Part shown: positions 46,658 through 62,531 of the stretch, piece after piece
Layout of the letters: each line of letters opens with the position of its first letter
Position numbering within the stretch: the first letter of the stretch is position 1
Source: Veleropilina oligotropha
Lineage: Eukaryota
DNA length: 64,000 bases
NCBI GenBank assembly: GCA_048128005.1
Contig: JBEUKZ010000038.1
Span: 248,001-312,000, forward strand
Direction of reading: 5' to 3'
Position numbers and translations under genes: made by a program
The notes under the pieces: generated by a model
Told to the model about the DNA's origin: nothing
The model's input: only the letters and a program-made list of their open reading frames with translations
The model's database searches: none

Positions 46658-47026
46658 ATGCCACCAAAAGTTAGTTCTAAGGGAGCGAAGAAGGCAGGAA
46701 AGGCGAAAGCCGCACGGGGCGGAGACAAGAAGAGGAGACGCAAGAGGAAGGAAAGCTACAGCATTTACATCTACAAAGTCATTAAGCAGGTCCATCCCGA
46801 CACTGGCATCTCGTCGAAGGCCATGGTCATCATGAACAGCTTCGTAAACGACATCTTCGAGCGCATCGCCGGAGAAGCATCCCGCCTCGCACAGTACAAC
46901 AAGAGGTCGACCATCACCAGCCGAGAGATCCAAACCGCCGTCCGCTTGCTCCTGCCCGGTGAACTGGCAAAGCACGCTGTCAGTGAGGGAACGAAAGCGG
47001 TCACCAAATACACCAGCAGCAAGTAA
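46658..47026 (+). CDS. H2B: Histone H2B (one M-to-I substitution, KVIKQ)
   Basis: Canonical H2B with atg-to-att at about 46783. Confidence 0.97.
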   Translation: MPPKVSSKGAKKAGKAKAARGGDKKRRRKRKESYSIYIYKVIKQVHPDTGISSKAMVIMNSFVNDIFERIAGEASRLAQYNKRSTITSREIQTAVRLLLPGELAKHAVSEGTKAVTKYTSSK

Positions 47027-48018
47027 ATATTCGGATATATCTTGCCTGACAACCAACGGCCCTTTTCAGGGCCACCTAAATCTTCCGAGAGAATACCACT
47101 GTTATGCCATAGCGTTTGCTTGCTTAGCTAAGGAAATTGTAATAAGTTAATTGGTAGTTTACATAGAAACATACAAACATTCACCCATTTCATAACGCAA
47201 AGTAAGTTGCTCAATAAAAACACCAAACCTTTATTCGTTTTCGCACGACCCTCCAATGTTTGTTGTCATCTGCCGATAAACATTATTCTAATATTCACCA
47301 AGCTGGCATAATAGTGTTAATGTGGCTGTTGTCCGCTTCGGAGTCTTGTTCTACTCACCAGACCGAACGAACACGACTAACGGCCTTCGCTAGGCTTTAT
47401 AGGACACGCTTGCGTTTCCAGATCCCCAACAATGTTATTCTTATCCGAAAGTCTTTATTTTATCCTTGGCTAAACGGAAAATTCACGCCACGGACTGCTT
47501 CGAACGATGGTTTTCAACTGTCAAACAGCAGCATCAAAAAATACGAACACGGCTGATCGCACCCACGAAGTATGAAAAACTATAGGGCTGCTATTGATTG
47601 CGTATGTTCATAATACGAAAGTTATAACGTTAAATTACTTTGTATGGAAGTTATTGTTGCTAAAGATCATCTTTACGAGCGATAGTCATTATTAATAGGC
47701 TCATTCGTGTGGTACTTTCCCTTGAGTACGGAGTTGGTTGCGCATTAGCAAAAAAACGTATTCACAACTGTATGAAAATAAATTGTATTGTGAAATCAAG
47801 CAAAAATTGCCGAATACGATAAATGGCCTAGTAGAAATCGTGCTTAACAGTTTTTACGTAATCAACGAAGCCTACCACTCGAATGGGGGCTATTGTTTCT
47901 CTTGGCGAAATTAGGAGAACAATGATTGGCCGATCGTTTCGTCGAAATCGTATTCTGACCAATCGGGTTAGCGGCGAGGGGTTTTCCTTAGCGTCCGCCA
48001 CAACGGTATATAACATAA

Positions 48019-48369
<351 letters not shown>

Positions 48370-49652
48370 ACTCACCGCTTTTCTAACGAAGTTCCAACGG
48401 CCCTTTTCAGGGCCACCAAATTCTTCCGAGAGAATACCCTAATTGTGCCAATTCGTATATCTTGTAGCATAAATTACATGTGCATCAATTAGGCTTTGCA
48501 CACGCAAACGCGCATTACGCTTTTAACAGTAAATTGCATACAGACTCGTCAAATGATACGGAAATGCACTCGATTACACTAATTGTGCAGGGAACAATTG
48601 TTAGCTCAGCTATTGTTTTTTGTTTTAAATTCATTGAATTTAGTCATTTAAACAATACACTCGATTTTTGGTTTCCAAGTGATCAAATAAATAGCAATTA
48701 ATCTACCCGAAACACACCACGAGTTATTTCCCTTGCACCGTTGGGCCAACTGAACAAAGAACAAATTATGAAATCTAACGACGATCTTGATACTCCGGCG
48801 CACAACGCATTGCACGCGACAACACGATATAGCTATAGCGACTTCGAATTGGGTGCACAATGTAAAAAAAATGATACTCACCATAAAAAACCTCAAATAG
48901 AAAAACAGTGGCGCGCTTTCTCACTCTCTCGAAATCTTCATCAACAGAAAAGAACGATGAATAAATATGGCAATAGAGCATTTATCAACAATGCCCCAAC
49001 ACTCTGGAACAAACTCACATCTAAAGTAAAGGAAAGTACAACTCTGGCAGGTTTTCGGAAGACATTGATTACACACCTATTTGCTGATGTATATGCCAAC
49101 CTGATCACGTCTCACTAACAATTCGAATTAGCTGACATCGTAGTAGTGGATGACAGTAATGACTGGTTCACATTCGGTTATTGTTATTGCTTGCATCATA
49201 TGTATCATTTAAAATTGGTTGAAGTTCATGCTAGTGGCTGCTTCACCTCTTTGTCTGATTGTGCTTGGGAAAACAAAATAATTTTATTGGGAATTATTGT
49301 ATTCATGGTATCATTGATGTTTCCCCTACAGGTATATTCTCATGTACTGTAATATTAAATAATAAATAACAATAATAATTCAGGCAACGAATATTTGTAA
49401 AAAAAAATTAATATCAAGTTAAAAATCAATGTTGGGACTACTTCTAGCACGTTAAACGCTTGCATCGTTGATACTTTCCTTATTTATTTACACCGGTTAA
49501 AATATTTTCTGCACCGCGCCACTAAATTGCCGGAAATGGATAGAAAACTGAAACCATTTCGTCCAATGAAACTGATCGTCCAATGAGAGGCCTGGCTGTA
49601 ATTGGCGCGAGATACGATTAAATAGGGACAGTTAGGAGTAAAGATGCATTGA

Positions 49653-50096
<444 letters not shown>

Positions 50097-51096
50097 AGCT
50101 TAGGCGTCGCTCCATGCAAACCAACGGCCCTTTTCAGGGCCACCAACATCCTCCGAAAGAATACCTTTGTTAACATCCCATACGTTCAAAACCGCCCGCA
50201 TTTACTGACTTAAAAATTTACTTTGTAAGTAGTAAAATTCCATATTTTTGGTAGTAAAATTGAACAATAAATAGTTAATTTCACTATTTAAATAGTTTAT
50301 ATTAGGATACTACTTAAATTAGTGAATAATATTCACATATATGCTCTGTCCGTTCACGCATAAACGAAGTACTCTTACATTGCAGCATTGAATTCAAAAT
50401 GAGATCCAATGCTCAATAATGAATATGCGTTTGATATGCAAAATGTCACTTGCGTTGTGTGTGTGTGGGGGGGGGGGGGGGGGGGTGTTAATTGACAGGA
50501 TGTTCGAATCGCGCCCGATTTCTTCAGTTTTCATTTATTCATTAGCGTCGACGCCTGTATTTTCATAATCTTAATATTACAATGGAAAATATATTAAAAA
50601 GTGGTCTCAAAATATATTATGTTACCAAATCATTTATTTGTCATCGCATTTATACATACATCTGAAAATATTACACGTTCTGGAAGGATGTCTCAAGAAA
50701 ATCTTTTGAGCCCGTTAGTCAAGACACCCCGAGAAGACGTGCAATAAAATGTATGTAAAACCAAAACATAAATAAATTAAACAACAGTGGGTTTTATAAA
50801 GTGTGATAGATTGCTAGTTTCCTAAATTTGCATATTTACAATTAGTCTTGCATATCAGCATAATGTAGAAGAAATGTTGCTTTTAATGTGTTGTTGTATG
50901 GTATTTAAATTTCCTGTTTCTGTTGACAGTTTTTCTAGAATTATAATCGAAGATAATCGTTTGTTTGTTGTACAATGTGGTACATGAAATTTATCTTTAG
51001 TATGGATACGTTGTGGCACAACTAGGGTATTCTATCGGAAGATTTTGGTGGCCCTGAAAAGGGCCGTTGGTTACTTGGTCCGTAAAACCGAATCTG

Positions 51097-51474
51097 TTAC
51101 TTGGCAGCCTTGGAGCTCTTCTTGGGTAGAAGCACCGCTTGGATGTTGGGTAGCACACCACCCTGGGCGATGGTTACTCCGGACAGCAGTCTGTTCAGCT
51201 CCTCGTCGTTGCGGATGGCCAGCTGGAGGTGACGGGGAATGATTCTCGTCTTCTTGTTGTCTCGGGCGGCGTTACCTGCCAACTCGAGGACTTCAGCGGC
51301 AAGATATTCCATCACAGCAGCCAGGTAGACTGGAGCCCCAGCGCCGACACGCTCGGCATAATGTCCTTTTCGGAGATGGCGGTGGATACGACCGACTGGA
51401 AATTGAAGTCCGGCACGGGATGAGCGAGTCTTGCTCTTTGACTTGGATTTTCCTCCTTTGCCTCGTCCTGACAT
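51097..51474 (-). CDS. H2A: Histone H2A
   Basis: Canonical H2A sequence. Confidence 0.98.
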   Translation of the reverse strand: MSGRGKGGKSKSKSKTRSSRAGLQFPVGRIHRHLRKGHYAERVGAGAPVYLAAVMEYLAAEVLELAGNAARDNKKTRIIPRHLQLAIRNDEELNRLLSGVTIAQGGVLPNIQAVLLPKKSSKAAK

Positions 51475-51733
51475 ATTTTCTTCTTATCCGTCCGTTTCGC
51501 AATTGAAATGAAGACAGTAATAGAAATAGCACGGCCACGCCGGTCTATAATCGCTCGAAATGGATTGAAATTTCACGTATCAAATTTGGCGGCAACCAAT
51601 AAGATTCTGAGCTGATCAATTAGCGCTAGGCGACCAATAGAAATGAAATCCAGTTTCAATCCACGCCACGTGATTTCAACCCTATCAAATAGCCACGAAC
51701 GCTTATTTTTCATCACATCTACCTGATACAAGC

Positions 51734-52102
51734 ATGCCACCAAAAGTTAGTTCTAAGGGAGCGAAGAAGGCAGGAAAGGCGAAAGCCGCACGGGGCGGAG
51801 ACAAGAAGAGGAGACGCAAGAGGAAGGAAAGCTACAGCATTTACATCTACAAAGTCATGAAGCAGGTCCATCCCGACACTGGCATCTCGTCGAAGGCCAT
51901 GGTCATCATGAACAGCTTCGTAAACGACATCTTCGAGCGCATCGCCGGAGAAGCATCCCGCCTCGCACAGTACAACAAGAGGTCGACCATCACCAGCCGA
52001 GAGATCCAAACCGCCGTCCGCTTGCTCCTGCCCGGTGAACTGGCAAAGCACGCTGTCAGTGAGGGAACGAAAGCGGTCACCAAATACACCAGCAGCAAGT
52101 AA
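51734..52102 (+). CDS. H2B: Histone H2B
   Basis: Canonical H2B sequence. Confidence 0.98.
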   Translation: MPPKVSSKGAKKAGKAKAARGGDKKRRRKRKESYSIYIYKVMKQVHPDTGISSKAMVIMNSFVNDIFERIAGEASRLAQYNKRSTITSREIQTAVRLLLPGELAKHAVSEGTKAVTKYTSSK

Positions 52103-52912
52103 ATATTCGGATATATCTTGCCTGACAACCAACGGCCCTTTTCAGGGCCACCTAAATCTTCCGAGAGAATACCACTGTTATGCCATAGCGTTTGCTTGCT
52201 TAGCTAAGGAAATTGTAATAAGTTAATTGGTAGTTTACATAGAAACATACAAACATTCACCCATTTCATAACGCAAAGTAAGTTGCTCAATAAAAACACC
52301 AAACCTTTATTCGTTTTCGCACGACCCTCCAATGTTTGTTGTCATCTGCCGATAAACATTATTCTAATATTCACCAAGCTGGCATAATAGTGTTAATGTG
52401 GCTGTTGTCCGCTTCGGAGTCTTGTTCTACTCACCAGACCGAACGAACACGACTAACGGCCTTCGCTAGGCTTTATAGGACACGCTTGCGTTTCCAGATC
52501 CCCAACAATGTTATTCTTATCCGAAAGTCTTTATTTTATCCTTGGCTAAACGGAAAATTCACGCCACGGACTGCTTCGAACGATGGTTTTCAACTGTCAA
52601 ACAGCAGCATCAAAAAATACGAACACGGCTGATCGCACCCACGAAGTATGAAAAACTATAGGGCTGCTATTGATTGCGTATGTTCATAATACGAAAGTTA
52701 TAACGTTAAATTACTTTGTATGGAAGTTATTGTTGCTAAAGATCATCTTTACGAGCGATAGTCATTATTAATAGGCTCATTCGTGTGGTACTTTCCCTTG
52801 AGTACGGAGTTGGTTGCGCATTAGCAAAAAAACGTATTCACAACTGTATGAAAATAAATTGTATTGTGAAATCAAGCAAAAATTGCCGAATACGATAAAT
52901 GGCCTAGTAGAA

Positions 52913-53371
52913 TTGTTGTTGTTGTTTAATTCGATTTTAACGAGGTCTTCCACGTTTTCCGTGATTTCGACCTCTTGTCTTTCTAGTTGTCGTTCTTCTT
53001 TGTATTTGTTTTCCGCCATGGATGTCGTATATGTCCCATCCGCCGTCTGGCCCGACGTGGCGGAGCGCATCTCCAGACCCACCCACGAAGAGACCCGCGA
53101 CGCTCCCAGAAAATGTCATCCGCGACGCTCCCAGAAAATGTCATCCGCAACGCCGCCACCCACACCGAGCACGCCAAGAGGAAGACCGCCACCGCCACGG
53201 ACGCCGTCCACGCACCGAAGAGACAAGGCCGAAACCCGCACGGACCCGGCGGCCAGACACACCGTCCGTCCAGCATCCAACGGCCCCTTTCACCAACGCA
53301 CCGATTCAGGGCCACCAAAAAAAAAAACTGTAAATAATAGAAAATAAATTTAGTAGTTACTGCATTTATTT
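52913..53371 (-). mobile_element. Heavily 5'-truncated LINE copy (H4 module plus tail) upstream of the H4 promoter
   Basis: TSD tggcctagtagaa at 52900-52912 and 53372-53384; (TTG)n at the left end. Confidence 0.93.
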
Positions 53372-53566
53372 TGGCCTAGTAGAAATCGTGCTTAACAGTT
53401 TTTACGTAATCAACGAAGCCTACCACTCGAATGGGGGCTATTGTTTCTCTTGGCGAAATTAGGAGAACAATGATTGGCCGATCGTTTCGTCGAAATCGTA
53501 TTCTGACCAATCGGGTTAGCGGCGAGGGGTTTTCCTTAGCGTCCGCCACAACGGTATATAACATAA

Positions 53567-53917
<351 letters not shown>

Positions 53918-55200
53918 ACTCACCGCTTTTCTAACGAAGTTCCAACGGCCCTTTTCAGGGCCACCAAATTCTTCCGAGAGAATACCCTAATTGTGCCAAT
54001 TCGTATATCTTGTAGCATAAATTACATGTGCATCAATTAGGCTTTGCACACGCAAACGCGCATTACGCTTTTAACAGTAAATTGCATACAGACTCGTCAA
54101 ATGATACGGAAATGCACTCGATTACACTAATTGTGCAGGGAACAATTGTTAGCTCAGCTATTGTTTTTTGTTTTAAATTCATTGAATTTAGTCATTTAAA
54201 CAATACACTCGATTTTTGGTTTCCAAGTGATCAAATAAATAGCAATTAATCTACCCGAAACACACCACGAGTTATTTCCCTTGCACCGTTGGGCCAACTG
54301 AACAAAGAACAAATTATGAAATCTAACGACGATCTTGATACTCCGGCGCACAACGCATTGCACGCGACAACACGATATAGCTATAGCGACTTCGAATTGG
54401 GTGCACAATGTAAAAAAAATGATACTCACCATAAAAAACCTCAAATAGAAAAACAGTGGCGCGCTTTCTCACTCTCTCGAAATCTTCATCAACAGAAAAG
54501 AACGATGAATAAATATGGCAATAGAGCATTTATCAACAATGCCCCAACACTCTGGAACAAACTCACATCTAAAGTAAAGGAAAGTACAACTCTGGCAGGT
54601 TTTCGGAAGACATTGATTACACACCTATTTGCTGATGTATATGCCAACCTGATCACGTCTCACTAACAATTCGAATTAGCTGACATCGTAGTAGTGGATG
54701 ACAGTAATGACTGGTTCACATTCGGTTATTGTTATTGCTTGCATCATATGTATCATTTAAAATTGGTTGAAGTTCATGCTAGTGGCTGCTTCACCTCTTT
54801 GTCTGATTGTGCTTGGGAAAACAAAATAATTTTATTGGGAATTATTGTATTCATGGTATCATTGATGTTTCCCCTACAGGTATATTCTCATGTACTGTAA
54901 TATTAAATAATAAATAACAATAATAATTCAGGCAACGAATATTTGTAAAAAAAAATTAATATCAAGTTAAAAATCAATGTTGGGACTACTTCTAGCACGT
55001 TAAACGCTTGCATCGTTGATACTTTCCTTATTTATTTACACCGGTTAAAATATTTTCTGCACCGCGCCACTAAATTGCCGGAAATGGATAGAAAACTGAA
55101 ACCATTTCGTCCAATGAAACTGATCGTCCAATGAGAGGCCTGGCTGTAATTGGCGCGAGATACGATTAAATAGGGACAGTTAGGAGTAAAGATGCATTGA

Positions 55201-55644
<444 letters not shown>

Positions 55645-56643
55645 AGCTTAGGCGTCGCTCCATGCAAACCAACGGCCCTTTTCAGGGCCACCAACATCCT
55701 CCGAAAGAATACCTTTGTTAACATCCCATACGTTCAAAACCGCCCGCATTTACTGACTTAAAAATTTACTTTGTAAGTAGTAAAATTCCATATTTTTGGT
55801 AGTAAAATTGAACAATAAATAGTTAATTTCACTATTTAAATAGTTTATATTAGGATACTACTTAAATTAGTGAATAATATTCACATATATGCTCTGTCCG
55901 TTCACGCATAAACGAAGTACTCTTACATTGCAGCATTGAATTCAAAATGAGATCCAATGCTCAATAATGAATATGCGTTTGATATGCAAAATGTCACTTG
56001 CGTTGTGTGTGTGTGGGGGGGGGGGGGGGGGGTGTTAATTGACAGGATGTTCGAATCGCGCCCGATTTCTTCAGTTTTCATTTATTCATTAGCGTCGACG
56101 CCTGTATTTTCATAATCTTAATATTACAATGGAAAATATATTAAAAAGTGGTCTCAAAATATATTATGTTACCAAATCATTTATTTGTCATCGCATTTAT
56201 ACATACATCTGAAAATATTACACGTTCTGGAAGGATGTCTCAAGAAAATCTTTTGAGCCCGTTAGTCAAGACACCCCGAGAAGACGTGCAATAAAATGTA
56301 TGTAAAACCAAAACATAAATAAATTAAACAACAGTGGGTTTTATAAAGTGTGATAGATTGCTAGTTTCCTAAATTTGCATATTTACAATTAGTCTTGCAT
56401 ATCAGCATAATGTAGAAGAAATGTTGCTTTTAATGTGTTGTTGTATGGTATTTAAATTTCCTGTTTCTGTTGACAGTTTTTCTAGAATTATAATCGAAGA
56501 TAATCGTTTGTTTGTTGTACAATGTGGTACATGAAATTTATCTTTAGTATGGATACGTTGTGGCACAACTAGGGTATTCTATCGGAAGATTTTGGTGGCC
56601 CTGAAAAGGGCCGTTGGTTACTTGGTCCGTAAAACCGAATCTG

Positions 56644-57021
56644 TTACTTGGCAGCCTTGGAGCTCTTCTTGGGTAGAAGCACCGCTTGGATGTTGGGTAG
56701 CACACCACCCTGGGCGATGGTTACTCCGGACAGCAGTCTGTTCAGCTCCTCGTCGTTGCGGATGGCCAGCTGGAGGTGACGGGGAATGATTCTCGTCTTC
56801 TTGTTGTCTCGGGCGGCGTTACCTGCCAACTCGAGGACTTCAGCGGCAAGATATTCCATCACAGCAGCCAGGTAGACTGGAGCCCCAGCGCCGACACGCT
56901 CGGCATAATGTCCTTTTCGGAGATGGCGGTGGATACGACCGACTGGAAATTGAAGTCCGGCACGGGATGAGCGAGTCTTGCTCTTTGACTTGGATTTTCC
57001 TCCTTTGCCTCGTCCTGACAT
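56644..57021 (-). CDS. H2A: Histone H2A
   Basis: Canonical H2A sequence. Confidence 0.98.
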   Translation of the reverse strand: MSGRGKGGKSKSKSKTRSSRAGLQFPVGRIHRHLRKGHYAERVGAGAPVYLAAVMEYLAAEVLELAGNAARDNKKTRIIPRHLQLAIRNDEELNRLLSGVTIAQGGVLPNIQAVLLPKKSSKAAK

Positions 57022-57280
57022 ATTTTCTTCTTATCCGTCCGTTTCGCAATTGAAATGAAGACAGTAATAGAAATAGCACGGCCACGCCGGTCTATAATCG
57101 CTCGAAATGGATTGAAATTTCACGTATCAAATTTGGCGGCAACCAATAAGATTCTGAGCTGATCAATTAGCGCTAGGCGACCAATAGAAATGAAATCCAG
57201 TTTCAATCCACGCCACGTGATTTCAACCCTATCAAATAGCCACGAACGCTTATTTTTCATCACATCTACCTGATACAAGC

Positions 57281-57649
57281 ATGCCACCAAAAGTTAGTTC
57301 TAAGGGAGCGAAGAAGGCAGGAAAGGCGAAAGCCGCACGGGGCGGAGACAAGAAGAGGAGACGCAAGAGGAAGGAAAGCTACAGCATTTACATCTACAAA
57401 GTCATGAAGCAGGTCCATCCCGACACTGGCATCTCGTCGAAGGCCATGGTCATCATGAACAGCTTCGTAAACGACATCTTCGAGCGCATCGCCGGAGAAG
57501 CATCCCGCCTCGCACAGTACAACAAGAGGTCGACCATCACCAGCCGAGAGATCCAAACCGCCGTCCGCTTGCTCCTGCCCGGTGAACTGGCAAAGCACGC
57601 TGTCAGTGAGGGAACGAAAGCGGTCACCAAATACACCAGCAGCAAGTAA
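57281..57649 (+). CDS. H2B: Histone H2B
   Basis: Canonical H2B sequence. Confidence 0.98.
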   Translation: MPPKVSSKGAKKAGKAKAARGGDKKRRRKRKESYSIYIYKVMKQVHPDTGISSKAMVIMNSFVNDIFERIAGEASRLAQYNKRSTITSREIQTAVRLLLPGELAKHAVSEGTKAVTKYTSSK

Positions 57650-58641
57650 ATATTCGGATATATCTTGCCTGACAACCAACGGCCCTTTTCAGGGCCACCT
57701 AAATCTTCCGAGAGAATACCACTGTTATGCCATAGCGTTTGCTTGCTTAGCTAAGGAAATTGTAATAAGTTAATTGGTAGTTTACATAGAAACATACAAA
57801 CATTCACCCATTTCATAACGCAAAGTAAGTTGCTCAATAAAAACACCAAACCTTTATTCGTTTTCGCACGACCCTCCAATGTTTGTTGTCATCTGCCGAT
57901 AAACATTATTCTAATATTCACCAAGCTGGCATAATAGTGTTAATGTGGCTGTTGTCCGCTTCGGAGTCTTGTTCTACTCACCAGACCGAACGAACACGAC
58001 TAACGGCCTTCGCTAGGCTTTATAGGACACGCTTGCGTTTCCAGATCCCCAACAATGTTATTCTTATCCGAAAGTCTTTATTTTATCCTTGGCTAAACGG
58101 AAAATTCACGCCACGGACTGCTTCGAACGATGGTTTTCAACTGTCAAACAGCAGCATCAAAAAATACGAACACGGCTGATCGCACCCACGAAGTATGAAA
58201 AACTATAGGGCTGCTATTGATTGCGTATGTTCATAATACGAAAGTTATAACGTTAAATTACTTTGTATGGAAGTTATTGTTGCTAAAGATCATCTTTACG
58301 AGCGATAGTCATTATTAATAGGCTCATTCGTGTGGTACTTTCCCTTGAGTACGGAGTTGGTTGCGCATTAGCAAAAAAACGTATTCACAACTGTATGAAA
58401 ATAAATTGTATTGTGAAATCAAGCAAAAATTGCCGAATACGATAAATGGCCTAGTAGAAATCGTGCTTAACAGTTTTTACGTAATCAACGAAGCCTACCA
58501 CTCGAATGGGGGCTATTGTTTCTCTTGGCGAAATTAGGAGAACAATGATTGGCCGATCGTTTCGTCGAAATCGTATTCTGACCAATCGGGTTAGCGGCGA
58601 GGGGTTTTCCTTAGCGTCCGCCACAACGGTATATAACATAA

Positions 58642-58992
<351 letters not shown>

Positions 58993-60275
58993 ACTCACCG
59001 CTTTTCTAACGAAGTTCCAACGGCCCTTTTCAGGGCCACCAAATTCTTCCGAGAGAATACCCTAATTGTGCCAATTCGTATATCTTGTAGCATAAATTAC
59101 ATGTGCATCAATTAGGCTTTGCACACGCAAACGCGCATTACGCTTTTAACAGTAAATTGCATACAGACTCGTCAAATGATACGGAAATGCACTCGATTAC
59201 ACTAATTGTGCAGGGAACAATTGTTAGCTCAGCTATTGTTTTTTGTTTTAAATTCATTGAATTTAGTCATTTAAACAATACACTCGATTTTTGGTTTCCA
59301 AGTGATCAAATAAATAGCAATTAATCTACCCGAAACACACCACGAGTTATTTCCCTTGCACCGTTGGGCCAACTGAACAAAGAACAAATTATGAAATCTA
59401 ACGACGATCTTGATACTCCGGCGCACAACGCATTGCACGCGACAACACGATATAGCTATAGCGACTTCGAATTGGGTGCACAATGTAAAAAAAATGATAC
59501 TCACCATAAAAAACCTCAAATAGAAAAACAGTGGCGCGCTTTCTCACTCTCTCGAAATCTTCATCAACAGAAAAGAACGATGAATAAATATGGCAATAGA
59601 GCATTTATCAACAATGCCCCAACACTCTGGAACAAACTCACATCTAAAGTAAAGGAAAGTACAACTCTGGCAGGTTTTCGGAAGACATTGATTACACACC
59701 TATTTGCTGATGTATATGCCAACCTGATCACGTCTCACTAACAATTCGAATTAGCTGACATCGTAGTAGTGGATGACAGTAATGACTGGTTCACATTCGG
59801 TTATTGTTATTGCTTGCATCATATGTATCATTTAAAATTGGTTGAAGTTCATGCTAGTGGCTGCTTCACCTCTTTGTCTGATTGTGCTTGGGAAAACAAA
59901 ATAATTTTATTGGGAATTATTGTATTCATGGTATCATTGATGTTTCCCCTACAGGTATATTCTCATGTACTGTAATATTAAATAATAAATAACAATAATA
60001 ATTCAGGCAACGAATATTTGTAAAAAAAAATTAATATCAAGTTAAAAATCAATGTTGGGACTACTTCTAGCACGTTAAACGCTTGCATCGTTGATACTTT
60101 CCTTATTTATTTACACCGGTTAAAATATTTTCTGCACCGCGCCACTAAATTGCCGGAAATGGATAGAAAACTGAAACCATTTCGTCCAATGAAACTGATC
60201 GTCCAATGAGAGGCCTGGCTGTAATTGGCGCGAGATACGATTAAATAGGGACAGTTAGGAGTAAAGATGCATTGA

Positions 60276-60719
<444 letters not shown>

Positions 60720-61721
60720 AGCTTAGGCGTCGCTCCATGCAAACCAACGGCCCTTTTCAGGGCCACCAACATCCTCCGAAAGAATACCTTTGTTAACATC
60801 CCATACGTTCAAAACCGCCCGCATTTACTGACTTAAAAATTTACTTTGTAAGTAGTAAAATTCCATATTTTTGGTAGTAAAATTGAACAATAAATAGTTA
60901 ATTTCACTATTTAAATAGTTTATATTAGGATACTACTTAAATTAGTGAATAATATTCACATATATGCTCTGTCCGTTCACGCATAAACGAAGTACTCTTA
61001 CATTGCAGCATTGAATTCAAAATGAGATCCAATGCTCAATAATGAATATGCGTTTGATATGCAAAATGTCACTTGCGTTGTGTGTGTGTGGGGGGGGGGG
61101 GGGGGGGGGGTGTTAATTGACAGGATGTTCGAATCGCGCCCGATTTCTTCAGTTTTCATTTATTCATTAGCGTCGACGCCTGTATTTTCATAATCTTAAT
61201 ATTACAATGGAAAATATATTAAAAAGTGGTCTCAAAATATATTATGTTACCAAATCATTTATTTGTCATCGCATTTATACATACATCTGAAAATATTACA
61301 CGTTCTGGAAGGATGTCTCAAGAAAATCTTTTGAGCCCGTTAGTCAAGACACCCCGAGAAGACGTGCAATAAAATGTATGTAAAACCAAAACATAAATAA
61401 ATTAAACAACAGTGGGTTTTATAAAGTGTGATAGATTGCTAGTTTCCTAAATTTGCATATTTACAATTAGTCTTGCATATCAGCATAATGTAGAAGAAAT
61501 GTTGCTTTTAATGTGTTGTTGTATGGTATTTAAATTTCCTGTTTCTGTTGACAGTTTTTCTAGAATTATAATCGAAGATAATCGTTTGTTTGTTGTACAA
61601 TGTGGTACATGAAATTTATCTTTAGTATGGATACGTTGTGGCACAACTAGGGTATTCTATCGGAAGATTTTGGTGGCCCTGAAAAGGGCCGTTGGTTACT
61701 TGGTCCGTAAAACCGAATCTG

Positions 61722-62099
61722 TTACTTGGCAGCCTTGGAGCTCTTCTTGGGTAGAAGCACCGCTTGGATGTTGGGTAGCACACCACCCTGGGCGATGGTT
61801 ACTCCGGACAGCAGTCTGTTCAGCTCCTCGTCGTTGCGGATGGCCAGCTGGAGGTGACGGGGAATGATTCTCGTCTTCTTGTTGTCTCGGGCGGCGTTAC
61901 CTGCCAACTCGAGGACTTCAGCGGCAAGATATTCCATCACAGCAGCCAGGTAGACTGGAGCCCCAGCGCCGACACGCTCGGCATAATGTCCTTTTCGGAG
62001 ATGGCGGTGGATACGACCGACTGGAAATTGAAGTCCGGCACGGGATGAGCGAGTCTTGCTCTTTGACTTGGATTTTCCTCCTTTGCCTCGTCCTGACAT
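61722..62099 (-). CDS. H2A: Histone H2A
   Basis: Canonical H2A sequence. Confidence 0.98.
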   Translation of the reverse strand: MSGRGKGGKSKSKSKTRSSRAGLQFPVGRIHRHLRKGHYAERVGAGAPVYLAAVMEYLAAEVLELAGNAARDNKKTRIIPRHLQLAIRNDEELNRLLSGVTIAQGGVLPNIQAVLLPKKSSKAAK

Positions 62100-62155
62100 A
62101 TTTTCTTCTTATCCGTCCGTTTCGCAATTGAAATGAAGACAGTAATAGAAATAGC

Positions 62156-62344
62156 GGTGGTGGTGGTTTGATGGAGTTTTAGGCCCGCGTCCACCTCATC
62201 GGCGTTTTAGCAGGCCAGTTCCTACAGGAACCACCGGTGACAAAAATAGGGGTACACAATAACAGTGTTATGCAAGAATTACTTCTCACACCAGTGCGAC
62301 ACTGTTATGTGCCTTATGCAAGTATGCACAAGATCATTACAAAA
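62156..62344 (-). mobile_element. Short (CCA)n-tailed retroelement, copy 3, at the H2A start site
   Basis: TSD aatagaaatagc at 62144-62155 and 62345-62356; same orientation as H2A. Confidence 0.92.
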
Positions 62345-62531
62345 AATAGAAATAGCACGGCCACGCCGGTCTATAATCGCTCGAAATGGATTGAAATTTC
62401 ACGTATCAAATTTGGCGGCAACCAATAAGATTCTGAGCTGATCAATTAGCGCTAGGCGACCAATAGAAATGAAATCCAGTTTCAATCCACGCCACGTGAT
62501 TTCAACCCTATCAAATAGCCACGAACGCTTA

